From NCBI RefSeq assembly GCF_006345805.1, contig NC_042999.1, positions 60,946,001 through 61,010,000 on the forward strand: a stretch of 64,000 nucleotides of DNA, given 5' to 3'. Below, piece by piece: positions 12,270-26,385 of the stretch. Origin of the DNA: Octopus sinensis. Lineage: Eukaryota. How positions within the stretch are numbered: position 1 is the first letter of the stretch; every line of letters starts with the position of its first letter. Under the pieces are notes generated by a model that saw only the letters and a list, made by a program, of their open reading frames with translations, had not been told where the DNA came from and did no database searches. Made by a program: the position numbers and the translations under genes.

Positions 12270-13200
12270 TCATTGTTCGAAGAAAATGGCTCGCCAATTG
12301 CAGACCCCAGAGATTCAGTGAAATACTGAATGGGTTATACAATAGTGTTTCCACAAATCTCTAGGCGAATAACTATGCTTGATGAGTTCTTCGGCACCAT
12401 AGTTCTACACAAATAAATGGTAATAATTGATAGCATCAAAATAGAAGAAACAGATATGATATCAGCCATTGATCAAATTATCTCAAACTCAGTCACATGC
12501 CCCAAAGAAACGAAAGGGAGCTCTAGAAAGACCCCTTCAGATACACTTCCAGAGCTTCCTTGCAGCAAGAAGACATCCCAGTTAAAGGACGTAATATATC
12601 CTATCGATATGGGAGGTAGCAGAGCAGATAGTAACAATTATAGACTTGTCTCTCTAACCTCCCATGACAACAAAGTCATGGAACGCATTATCAGGAAGAA
12701 AGTGATCGCGTTTCTTGAAGATAATGACTTGTTCCTTAATAACAAACATGGCTTCTGCCCAGGGAGAATTGCCTTACCTAGCTTTTGCAGAATTATGACT
12801 GGGTTTTGAAACAATTAACGAATCGCCCAAACGTGGATGTGATATATATCTCAATTCTGAAAAAGCCTTTGCTACGGATAGTCATGGGATGGTGTCCCAC
12901 AAGCTACCGACACTCGGTCTAACTGGGGAACTGGGAGTGTAGTTGCATGATTTCTTGAAAGACAGAAGTTTGTGGAGTGCCTCAGGGAATTGTATTACTC
13001 TTTCAGACATACCATCAGTTACACAGATATCTACACTTACTAGATATGCCGACGATATAAAAGTTGCAGTAGTAGTCATGGAAACTTCTGATGCTAATCT
13101 AGAGAAAGACCAAGATCTTATATATATATATATATAAAGGGGCTAAAGCAAGCAATATGCAATTTAATACAGGTAAACTCCAAGCCCTCTGATAGCAATT
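12270..13200 (+). mobile_element. CR1/Jockey-group LINE reverse transcriptase relic
   Basis: PIDMGGSRADSNNYRLVSLTS...VMERIIRKKVIAFLEDNDLFLNNKHGFCPGR, VDVIYLNSEKAF, HDFLKDR, YADDIK; frameshifted and internally deleted. Confidence 0.88.
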
Positions 13201-13306
13201 AAACCACGACAAAAAAGGATCGCATGTCCAAAAGGAAAAGGCGATCCCTTTTGTAAAAATCGCAAAAACGTGAAAATCAGACTAAGTTGGGATTTCATTG
13301 AAAGAT

Positions 13307-13372
<66 letters not shown>

Positions 13373-13819
13373 GTAAAATATAGGATAGTGAGTTTATTTC
13401 AGAAATTTCACTACCAGTGGCCTAGAATGTATAAAAAGTCAATAGATTACATATTCTCAATATAAAATATTGTACATTTAAACACAAGAGACAACTGCCT
13501 TCAGCAGGCAGTCTTTATACCCTAGACGAATTAGTCAAAACGCCCAAAACCACATTTAAGACTAATCTTGAAAAGGAATGAAAAAAAATGTTGAAGGCAG
13601 TTTTCGCTTGTGTTTAAATGCACACTATTTTATATTGAGAATATGTTGTCTATTGACTTTTAATACATGCTAGGCCACTGGTAGTGAAATTAATAAAAAA
13701 AACTCACTACCCTATATTTTACGTATATTTAGCAAGTTTTTTAAATATTAATGCGGCATTTATTCCTTTTCTGCTGACTGAAACTGCGCTTGTGTGGTGG
13801 ATGTTAAAATTATAATGTA

Positions 13820-14923
13820 CTAGCAGTATCGCCCGGCGTTGCTCGGGTTTGTAAGGGAAATAACTATATAAGCATTTTTAGTGAGTAATAGCAAAAAATG
13901 CATTAAAAATGGAATAAAAGATGATGGTAATTTTTTTTTAAATTGTTGACTCATCGTACACATTTTTAGAGAGTTACTTCCCTTATATAATAGCGAAAAA
14001 TGCATTAAAATGGAATAAAAAATGATGGTAATTTTTTTTTTAATCGTTGACTCATCGTAGACATTTTTAGAGAGTTACTTCCCTTATATAATAGCGAAAA
14101 ATGCATTAAAATGGAATAAAAAATGATGGTAATTTTTTTTTAATCGTTGACTCATCGTAGACATTTTTAGAGAGTTACTTCCCTTATATAATAGCGAAAA
14201 ATGCATTAAAATGGAATAAAAAGTTATGGTAATTTTTTTTTTAAATCGTAGACTCATCGTAGACGCGCGATAATACCCAGAAGGGCTCGATATGAATCAC
14301 GACTATAAGATACCCGGTTTTGGTTAAACTGCACCGCAAAATGTGGGAGTAGTTAGGAATCTAAATCGTAGGAGACAGACACACAAGCTTACTTTTATAT
14401 ATAAAGATTTGTGCAACAACTAAAACAATCGGTTGTGAAAATTGTTTGCACAGGAAACCTGCCCTGTGTTGCGGTAATTGCCGTTTTTGTGGATCTGTTT
14501 CAGCTTTTTTAGCGATTTCTGTTTTGGCGACTTCAAGCCATGAAGTCGTTGTTCTAAAAGAACGCTGGTCTCCTTGACAACGCATTACGACGTTGATTTC
14601 CTTACACTCCCTTCCCCACAGCTTCACGAGGGAGGGAAGAAGGGGGAGAAGCAACACAGGTGCAGATGTGAGCGTGTACGCCAACTCCGCCGCCATCGAC
14701 ACACGAAAAAATATGCATTAAAATGAAATAAAAAATGATGTTAAATTATTTTTAAAATCGTAGTCTCATCGTAGACGCGCGCTAATACTCAGACGGGCTC
14801 GATATGAATCACGACTATAAGATACCCGAATTTGGTTAAACTGCACCGCAAAATGTGGGAGTAGTTAGGAATCAAAATCGAAGGGGACAGACACTCACAC
14901 AACTACAGTTTTATATATATAGA
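13820..14923 (-). mobile_element. Non-autonomous Helitron (compound, two 5' ends)
   Basis: Minus: 5' TCTATATATATAAAACTG, 3' hairpin CCCGAGCAACGCCGGG then CGATACTGCTAG; inserted between A and T, no TSD; second TC start at 14407. Confidence 0.88.
13873..14261. repeat. ~101-bp tandem minisatellite (~3.8 copies) inside the Helitron
   Basis: GC(G/A)AAAAATGCATTAAAA recurs at 13891, 13993, 14094, 14194. Confidence 0.9.
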
Positions 14924-14976
14924 TAACGATGAGACACGTATTATTCATCTCTTAATTACATGTTAGTGTTATGGCG

Positions 14977-15032
14977 CGCTCACTGATGAGAAATTCACCT
15001 GCTAAAAAATATTTGAAACCTAGGTCTGACCG
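14977..15032 (+). ncRNA. Type I minimal hammerhead ribozyme motif (stem II decayed)
   Basis: CGCTCA-CTGATGA-G...-GAAAC-CTAG-GTC|TGACCG; stem I 5 of 6 bp, palindromic stem III ACCTAGGT, GUC triplet. Confidence 0.7.
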
Positions 15033-15189
15033 GAATAAAATAACAAGGTAATTTTTTACAATTTTCAAGATTTTGAAGATTGCCCTTAAACGTGGTTTTG
15101 GTCGTTTTGACTACTTCTAGCGTGTAAAAGCTGCCTGTTGAAGGCATTTTTCTCTTGTGTTTTAATTTACATTATTTTATATATATATA

Positions 15190-16257
<1,068 letters not shown>

Positions 16258-16393
16258 GTGTGTGTGTGTGTATGCATATATGTATCTATGTATCTACCTT
16301 TCTATACATATATTCAAATTTATACATTTTATGCATAGAGACTGAGCGAGTGAGGTTGAGAGAGATAGAAAGAAAGTGAGAGTAAGATGGAAA

Positions 16394-16448
<55 letters not shown>

Positions 16449-18879
16449 CTACCTTTTCAGCCTGAAGGGAAGATAGTACGATAACTCTTCATTGGGGCTC
16501 CGAGGTAAATGAGAATTCGGAACATATTTTCAAACTGAAACCTGCTTCGATTACAAGCAATGAATTGATCTCTCTTGAAAGCATCCAACGTGCAGAATGG
16601 TGATACTAAATCGGTGAACTTATTTTTTTTACCATACATGCAAGCCACGGTGTAATTAGAACTTATAAGAACAAAAGAAAAGCGTAAGCCGTTCCACATC
16701 CAACTTTCTTACACTACTGCGAATCCAATGTACCAAACACATTTGGTTCCATGGTTTTGCAGTTTCACTAATATTCTTGCTGAAAGGAAAGTCAGTTTCG
16801 CCTGTATCTCATTTCGGAACGCCAAACGTTAGAAGTCATTTCATGGGACTTTCTATCCGCTGCCAATTTTTCGCGTTGGCGAGAATAAAATGCTACTTCT
16901 GGAGTCCAGATTTTGAATATGAAAGACAAGATGCCACCAGTTTACGTTCTTTGGAATAGTGAGACATCGAAATGCTTTCGTTTTTGCTCTGTTCACACCT
17001 AAACCATCCCTGATTGAAAATACCTATTATGAACAGTGAATGAGCAGTGAATGTTTCAGTCAATTGTATATCCACGTTGAAGAACCCCGCATGCATATTA
17101 TAAATATCGAAAATCCTTAGGGACGTTGCATATCTGTTGTATTTATGATGAAACTCTAAGCATTCCTATACTTATTAACAACCGAGACATATTTCAGTGT
17201 AGAGTGTTAAATGTATACTCATAATCACATCTTTTTCTTTCATCTTTCAAATAAACCGTAAAGCAATTTAAATAAGCCGGTGCTGCTGTTTACTAGTAGC
17301 TGCTTTAAATTTCACATTAGATGTAAAGAAATGCATTTCAAGAATTGATGGCAATAAAATTCGACTAGACGAATTTATTTGAATTAAGGCTATTTATGTA
17401 TATTTAATCAAAATACATTCCAACTAAATAGATGCTACCTTGGAAGCTCCAGCTATGACCTCTACAAAAACATACGTTATTCCACTCATTAAAAAAAATA
17501 GGTTAGATGAATGTAACACAGTTTGAGATTGTGCAAATGAGCTTGGTTAGATCCAAAGCGGATCAAAAGAAACGCAGCAGGATTTTTATATCGGTTGTTT
17601 ATATACGTATATTTTTTTAACGGGAAATCCTGCGAAAACAACTGGAAATTCACATGAAATTCTTTCATGTTGACACATCTTACTACGTACAAATATATGC
17701 CAATTTCTCTAAAAACCCAGCTTGGTGTAGACGGATGAACATTACTTCATTTTCAAAACAGAAATTAATATTGATTTAGCACAATAATCAAAGAGCTAAC
17801 TGAAAAATAATTGCCACCTGCAAATAACAGATGTAGCTCTGCTTAGTGGAAGTGATTTTAATCCTAAATATGCATACGATGCTTGATAAACTTTATAAAC
17901 ATCGATCATTTACAAGAACGCCCAGTATTAGTTTTTATTATTAAATTTCATGCGATTTATTAAGATTACATATTGCATATGTTTGCAGTTTGTTTTCATT
18001 TAAAATTGGAAATACTCCAAACAAGATATTGTGCTTTTTTATTCGGTATGAGTAAAATAATCAGCAAATTTATATCTTTAATGATTTTCAAACGTCAAAA
18101 TTAAAAATGACATTCATTAATTTTATCTTATAAAATGGAAAATAGCAGAAAATAACACCAACAAAGACAAGTAAAATTACCTATTAAATATAATTATATA
18201 ATTTATGAAAAATTGATAGCAAAACATTTAAATGAAAATATTATCAAATGTTCGTAAACATTTATAATTAATAGCAATTAATTATTTGTCTTCAATTGAG
18301 AAAATGAAGGAAGTGCCACTGACTTTCATTTTCTGGTGAGTATGTAACTGAATATCATTTAATAAACTGTTTCCCAAATGTGAACAGTACAATGCAATTA
18401 CCGTTTTACCTTACCAATAGTGTGGATTAATTAAATTCGGTGTTTTTTATTTTTTCACATCTAAGCTGTAAGCCATAATATACTTCAGCATTGTCACGTT
18501 TACATGTCTTCATGAATAAGAGGTAGAAAAATTAATGTAATTTCTGTTATTTCTTATGTTAATAGAAAAACGTGATAGTTGTGTGCGTGCGTACGTGCGT
18601 GAGTTCATGTTAGCGATTGCGTATGTGCGTGTGTATTTGTGTGTGTGTGTATGTGTGTGTTTGTGAGTGTGCGTGTGTGAGTGTGTATGTCTGTGTGTGC
18701 GTGCGGGTGTGTGCTCATTATTTGCTGATGTTCCTGTTGTTCCACGATGCTCACATTAATATTATTGCTAACATCGATAATAATGAGAAACAGGAGGGGG
18801 AGAAGGAGGAGAAAGATGACGACGATGGAGTGGAAAAGGACAGCGAAAATGAGCAAAGCTAATATAACATAATAAAACT

Positions 18880-20025
<1,146 letters not shown>

Positions 20026-20949
20026 TATATATGGTAAACAAGATTGCATCAAATGTAATTATTCCGAAACAATGGAATGAATTTTTTTTTCTCTCTTTTT
20101 CACTTAGGAACAAAATGAAAAATACCGAGCGATTATAGTGTTGCTAACATCAATAACATCTAGAAACCAATAACACCTGCAATAGCAACTGCAACATCCT
20201 TTGCAGGTAGTGATACTTGCACAATATTTGCAGTGTATATGACAACTGTCACAATAAAACAGCTATTGGAAATGAACAAGCAGATGTTAAGCTCAACAAA
20301 ATCAAATTTACATAGAGAAAATTTACACAAAATTGTGGTTAAAAGAAAAAAAATATTATTTTAAGAATTTTCCCGAGATTATTGCGCATAGTTAATATGT
20401 GAGATACGCCGGGAACAATTTTTTTTTTTAATATTATTTTCCTTGTATGTAATATTTTGTATTTTTAGCTATTAACTTTTATGTTTTGACATAAAAGCCA
20501 ACACATTCCGCATCCCTCCTTATTGTAACTCATGATAGAAATTTAATTTGCGAAAGAAAAATTTTTTGAAAAAAATGTCTACGTGACCAAAAATTGTGGT
20601 AAATATTTCATATGCTTTTTTATGAGGCACATTTGAAATATTTGAAATCTTTTACTTTCATGTCTTTGGGTTTGTTCTTTTTTTTTCTTTCAATTCAGGT
20701 AGACCAGAGAGATATAGCACCGACTACCAGCTGAGTCTTTGCAAATTGTCAGCGAATAAATACATCACTTACATGAAGCAATAAAAAAACCGCTGCTTTG
20801 GTTCATGTACATTCCACTCCCTCTTTCTCTCTCTCCCTCTCTCTTCCTCACCTTCTGTTCTTCTCTCTCTCTGTTTCTCACTCTCTATTTCACTCTCCGC
20901 TTTGTGTGCGCGTGCGTTGTATACCTACAAACACATACATTCAAATACA

Positions 20950-21868
20950 CAGAAGGTGGGGCTTAAACGTTCATAAGCTGACTATGACGAAATGAGGCAA
21001 GAACTGTGAAATTTTGCATGCATCATTTTCATCTCCCGTTATTAATAACTGCATTATTGTTTTCCATGTAAACTGATAACTCATTGTTCTAAGAACACTT
21101 CAAATGTAACTAGTGGCGGATTCTCTTGACATCTCCTGACATCGGCGTGCTTTCACGTACCTGCAGAAAAAAGGGTTTAAATCCGACACTAGCGGTGATA
21201 CTGAGGTTTTTCAACAATGCAAAGTTTTGGTAGCTGAATTTAGGATGATGAAGCAGGTGTTCAAAGATGACCCAAGGTCTGGACGTCCTGCAGTTGCCAC
21301 CACCGAGGAAAACATAGATGGTGTTGAGCACCAGCTAATGGATAACCGGCGATTGACTATAAATCAAACAGCCAATGCTATTAGAATATCCCGTTAGAGA
21401 GTTGTAATATTCTGCACACTGAGCTTAGCATGCCGGATGCTTCTGCTTAGTGAGTTCTTCGTCTTCTGACAACTGATCGAAAGCGCTTCAGGCTGATCAC
21501 GTCCCGAGAAAATCTGACATTGTTTGAGGCAAATCCAGCTGGTTTTCTTGAAGTATCCAAAGTGTAGTCGTCACTTAGAGCCAGAGACAAACAGACAATT
21601 CATAGAGTGGAAACACGTGTCCTCACTTGCTCTAATGTAGGCCAAAGTCATTTCATCTGCAGGGAAGTTGATGGCCTTAATGTTTTGGGGTGCGGCACCC
21701 ATTATATTCATTGATCCACTTCAAAATGTTCACACCATCAGTTGAGAGAACTATGCCAATTTGCTGAGGCAATTACGAAAGGCTATCATGATCAAACACC
21801 CAGGAAAACTGAAAAACGGGGTCGGGGTCTTCTTTCATTATGACAATACTCCAGCACACAAGTTCGTG
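20950..21868 (+). mobile_element. Mariner relic (different subfamily), 3' truncated
   Basis: DDPRSGRPAVATTEENID, LMDNRRLTINQTANAIRIS, EPETNRQFIEWKH, SAGKLMALMFWG, FFHYDNTPAHK. Confidence 0.88.
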
Positions 21869-22151
21869 TTATGTAAACCCGGTGGCATTGTTTATCTCTT
21901 GTAATGATGAAATATTTTGAAGATAACTCCGTCCACGCTAGCAAAGGCGTAGTCTTCTACGAGAGGTGCAACATACACGCCAAAGGTCTAGGGATAGCTA
22001 CACTTCCAGTCAATGCCGTTAGTGTTCCTTAACTTAGGACATATACAGCTTTACATAACATGCCGTTGATATGATGGGTGCTTCTCCCGCAAATTTATGT
22101 TTAAGTAGGTTACTCCATCAACATACCTTTGTAACGTATTGGACAATGATG

Positions 22152-22157
22152 TGCAGC

Positions 22158-22191
<34 letters not shown>

Positions 22192-22297
22192 ACAGCAGCA
22201 GCAGCAGCAGCACCAGCAGCAGCAGTAGTAGTAGTAGTAATAGTAATGATGGGGGCTGTGATGGTGGCACTAGCAGCGGTAGCAGCAGCAGCAGCAA
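22152..22297. repeat. (AGT)n/(AGC)n trinucleotide repeat
   Basis: Directly visible. Confidence 0.9.
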
Positions 22298-22529
22298 CCT
22301 CATTTCTTGCTTTAATGGCTGAGGCATATTTCTCAATTGCCACCTTGAGCTGGACAGATTCTTCCGTAAACAGATACTCCTGGTTATATGACATATCAGC
22401 AGATATCATGTTTGGTGGTTGGGATTTAGGTTTGCCATTTTGTAATATTCCAATCGTTCAATTTTTTTATATTTCTTTTTCTACCTTTAATCCTCCAACG
22501 CGGAGTATAGGCCACTTATAATTGAATTC

Positions 22530-23520
22530 CATGTCGCATAATCTTTCGCTTCTGTACTTATACTCTGCCATGAATGTCACCCTTTCTCTAGTTCCTTTTC
22601 TGTTGATCTACGCCACGAGTTCTTAGGCCTACCTTTCTTTCTATATCCATCCGGATTCCACTGTAAAGCACCTTTCGCTACATTTGGTGTTTCTTTTCTA
22701 ATTGTGCTACCAATCCACTTACACTTTTTCTTAAATATTTGCTCCCTTATCGAAACTTGATTTGTTCTTTGCCATAGCTCCATATTGCTTATGTGTTCGG
22801 GTCATCTAATGTTAAGTATACTACACAAGCATCTGTTGAGGAATGATTGTATTTGCTTATTTGACTTAACTGTTGTTCGCCATGTCTCAGCCCCATACAA
22901 TAACACCGCTTTTACGTTAGTGCTAAAAATTCTTATTTTGTTCTTTATTGAAATTACACTTGCGCTCCATACCTGTTTTTAACAGGTGAAAAGCGGTACT
23001 TGCCTTACTTAATATCTTGCCTGCAAACGTTATCTTACTACCTAAATATGCAAACTCGGCTACATCCTCTACTTCATTGGTTTCTAGTTTAAAACGTTCG
23101 CTGTTTTCTTCATTAACGCGCATAATTTTTGATTTGTCGCGGTTGACTTTCAATCCTAGTTTGGCAGCTATTGCTTCTAATTTTGACGTTTTATTTTGCA
23201 TTTGGCTGTATGTTTGTGAAAACAGCGCTATATCATCTGTAAAATCGAGATCTTCTAGAGCTTCTACATCCGTCCATCCAATGCCCGTTTGGCTTTCAAT
23301 CGTAGTTTCCTTCATAATCCAATCTATAACCAGTAGAAATAAAAAGGGAGAAAGTATACAGCCCTGTTGAACACCTGTTTTTACTTCGAATTTATCCGTA
23401 GCTCCGTTTCCATGCAAGACTCGGCATGACATTCCTTGATAAGTTGCTCTTATTATAGATATATACTTGTCTGGAATGCCGTAGTGCTGCATAATTTTCC
23501 ATAAGCCTTCCCTATCTCCA
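22530..23520 (-). mobile_element. RTE-clade LINE, 3' part of RT ORF (5' truncated, frameshifted)
   Basis: YGIPDKYISIIRATY...GVQQGCILSPFLFLLVIDWIM...LEDLDFTDDIAL...FAYLGS; KWIGSTIRK...LQWNPDGYRKKGRPKNSWRR. Confidence 0.92.
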
Positions 23521-24784
23521 CTGTCACATGTTCAATTACTTTCAGAAAAGTCAATTGTTTAATTGGTTACCATCGAGTAAATGAGATCAGCAAGCCACCA
23601 TTAGCACACGTAATATGCATCGATAAACAAGTCAATATTCTGACTCAAGTGAAATATGTAACGCCATGTTATAATCGGGAACTGTACTTCAAAAATAGTA
23701 TGCAGCCGGCATACTAAAATAGTTGTCAAGATAGTATGGACAAGTACATTTTATTTGTGCTCAATACATATATACTACACGATGTGTGTAAGTGAAGGCG
23801 ACTTTCATTATAGTTCTGAATCTGTTACAGAAATTCAATTACTTCAGTACACAACCTAAGATGCGTCTGTATTCAAATTATTCAGCGTCCTCTTCACACG
23901 GCTCCAGTGATTATATAATAAAGTGTTGGCGTCTTAGTTAAAATGATTACTATTATTACATTAAGGTGATTTTACTGTATTTTACGCCAAATAATGTAAT
24001 TATTACACCACATTTAAATGGATTTAAATTGAGAAAGAAAAAGTACGATACCTATAATATAATTTCCGTTACAGTATACAATGAACAATCAAAAGTAATT
24101 ATAACTAACACACTAACATTTGACTGTGGATAAATATAGAGAAGATATCGATGAATAAAATAAATTTGTGATAAAACAGTATCAGACGTCTAAAGAAGTC
24201 TACTACAATAAATTTAGTCTGAATTTTTTATTGGAAAAAAAAAATCAAAGATGGCAAGAAAGATATGTTGCAAAAATATGACTTTAATTTGCAATCAAAA
24301 CATTAATACAAGTTACAAAAATAAAACACCGCTTCTCACTTATAATACTACGATACGCATGTCTCTTCTCTTGACTGTCAAATATTTCTGTTTACTCTCC
24401 AAACTTAATTACAAATCATCATTTTTATTCTTTCGTATCCAGAATGTCAAACCTTTTTCAACTATCTTATCTTACATGTGTTCAAGCTGAAACCCAAAAA
24501 CATATCACCTTCCAATCTGGAAGGTTCCTCTTTCAGTCCCTTCTAACTAAACTTTAGAAAAATCCATTTAGATGTTTTCAGTTTACAGAAACCGGTTTGT
24601 ACAACATAAAGTACAACATATTTCTTGCAGGGAGCTGGCTACAGACATTAATACTAAAAATGTATCAAGTGACCTGATCTGAGATCGTGTGCTGGAACGA
24701 AAACAATTGCAGCGTGGAAGGTGTTTATAAGCCATTTAAGAAACACACAAAATCCGTTAGATTCACTTCAACATTTAAATTTAA

Positions 24785-24835
24785 TTTGTCAAAATATTTT
24801 CGACGCTTTGAGACTGCGACCTGTTCACTGACAAA
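24785..24835 (-). ncRNA. Hammerhead-like fold with G3-C8 swapped core
   Basis: Minus: TTTGTCA-GTGAACA-G-GTCGC-AGTCTCAAA-GCGTC-GAA-AATATT-T|TGACAAA; 7-bp stem I, 4 of 5 bp stem II, palindromic stem III. Confidence 0.6.
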
Positions 24836-25049
24836 ATTCCGTGTTGTTGCATCTTTTCTGTTAATTTGTAAATATCGTTCCTTTCTCTTATAAATTTCTG
24901 CAATAAGTACCGGTCTCAAATTCGGGGAGATAGTATAAACAGAGACGGAGAATAATCTTCCTTCTTGAAGGATATTGGTACAGCGAAGAATTAAGCGACG
25001 AAATAACAGAAGTGGATTTGGCCATCGCACAATCACTTTTGTCAACTGC

Positions 25050-25425
25050 CACCCTACTAATTCTACCGTTTGACTGCTCTAACATATCTACCATTTTACC
25101 ATCCAACCAATTCTATCATTCTACCGATCCACAAATTCCGTTATTCTACTACACTACCACTTCCACTTTTATGACTTACAAATTTTACCATTCTGACGCT
25201 CCAAACATTTTAATGTTCTACCATTCTACCAGTATACCAATTCTACAATTCCATCGCCCTCCCATGTCCAACGTTTTACTACTAAACTAATTCTACAATT
25301 CTATTATTGTCCTAGAAGTTCTACCATTCTATCATGTAAAAAGGTTCTATAATTCTATCGCTCTACCAAGTCTACAATTCTATTACTCTAAAATTCTAAT
25401 AGTCTACTGTTCTACCTATTCTATT
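25050..25425. repeat. Degenerate ATTCTACC-like low-complexity array
   Basis: Recurrent TTCTAC/ATTCTA words with roughly 8-nt periodicity. Confidence 0.7.
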
Positions 25426-26122
25426 AGGGCCCAGAAACATTCACAAGCCAACCAAGGACCCAGGAAGGTTTTGTGAGGGATTTATAAATCGGTCGTGGGC
25501 GGCTAGGTCACAGATGGTAAACAAGACGTTTCTTGAGAAAACTGGAACAGGCAGGAGACCCCCAACTTACCTGGAACCTGGAAGTCAAGAGTAGAAACAC
25601 AAAGATCCACATATGATGAGAAAGGGGCTGCCGATCAAATGCTTCTAGAAGGTCGCTCAACTTTATACAAAAAGCAACCAAAAGTTTTCAATTTCAAACT
25701 GCTCAATCAAAATATACAAAAGTGATATTCAATAACTTCACCGTAGACACTTCAAAACGGACTCAATACTCAAATCTGGAATGTCACTAATCAGAGTCCT
25801 CCCAGTGAGATTTTCACTGAATTCGCAGCCCTCAGAACGAATACTCACAACGTAAATTCGATTATTCGGCATGTATTTACATTATGTATGATACAAAGAT
25901 GCCTATTTCAAATTCATACAGATTCCCTTGCATATAATAAATTGTTATTCAACCATGCTGCTAACTGCAACACCAGGGATATTTGATCTCTGATTTCCTA
26001 TGTCGGTATCGACGAATTTCTTATTAGTCTAAGGCTAGCACTGCTTACATGCTAATGATAAAGACCAAGAAGGCAGATATGCGCACCTATCATGTGAACC
26101 CGGCACCCTCGGCCGATTTTCG

Positions 26123-26154
<32 letters not shown>

Positions 26155-26157
<3 letters not shown>

Positions 26158-26385
26158 CTACTTCTTCCCTCTCGTGTGTGACCCTTTAGTCTGGCAGTCG
26201 CCATGATAGATCGTTAGTCACTACACACATTTTTTTCTCTCCTTATTTTTTCTGTGTTCCTTTCTGTGGAAGAGCGTAGGCTCGAATCGTAAAAGGCTTT
26301 TTCTATTCGTGAGCCTTATACTAATACATATGTTTGTTTTGTACACCACCTGTCTTCGTCAATTGATTTTTTCGTAAACTCTCCC
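26155..26385 (+). mobile_element. Penelope pLTR-like fragment between TA tracts, with degenerate HHR at 26259-26296
   Basis: CCTTT-CTGTGGA-A-GAGC-GTAG-GCTC-GAATC-GTA|AAAGG; perfect stems I and II, two core substitutions. Confidence 0.55.

Larger units (their letters stand above)
13366..15180 (+). mobile_element. Non-coding hammerhead-bearing Penelope/retrozyme-like element with inverted leading segment, interrupted by a Helitron
   Basis: 13366-13506 inverted relative to 13589-13728; 13466-13572 inverted relative to 15070-15180; direct repeat 13589-13633 / 15136-15180; HHR at 14977-15032; TA tracts on both sides. Confidence 0.7.

Noticed and set aside
13213-13250. Hairpin AAAAGGATCGC...GCGATCCCTTTT resembling an intrinsic terminator
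   Set aside because: Eukaryotic repeat context, long loop, single occurrence; no function supportable.
13873-14261. Regular repeats suggestive of a CRISPR-like array
   Set aside because: Units are contiguous with no unique spacers, there are no cas genes, the context is eukaryotic, and the array lies inside a Helitron.
22071-22521. Poly-Ser/Leu/Thr/Ala ORFs
   Set aside because: Frames of an (AGT)/(AGC) triplet repeat; no splice or domain support.
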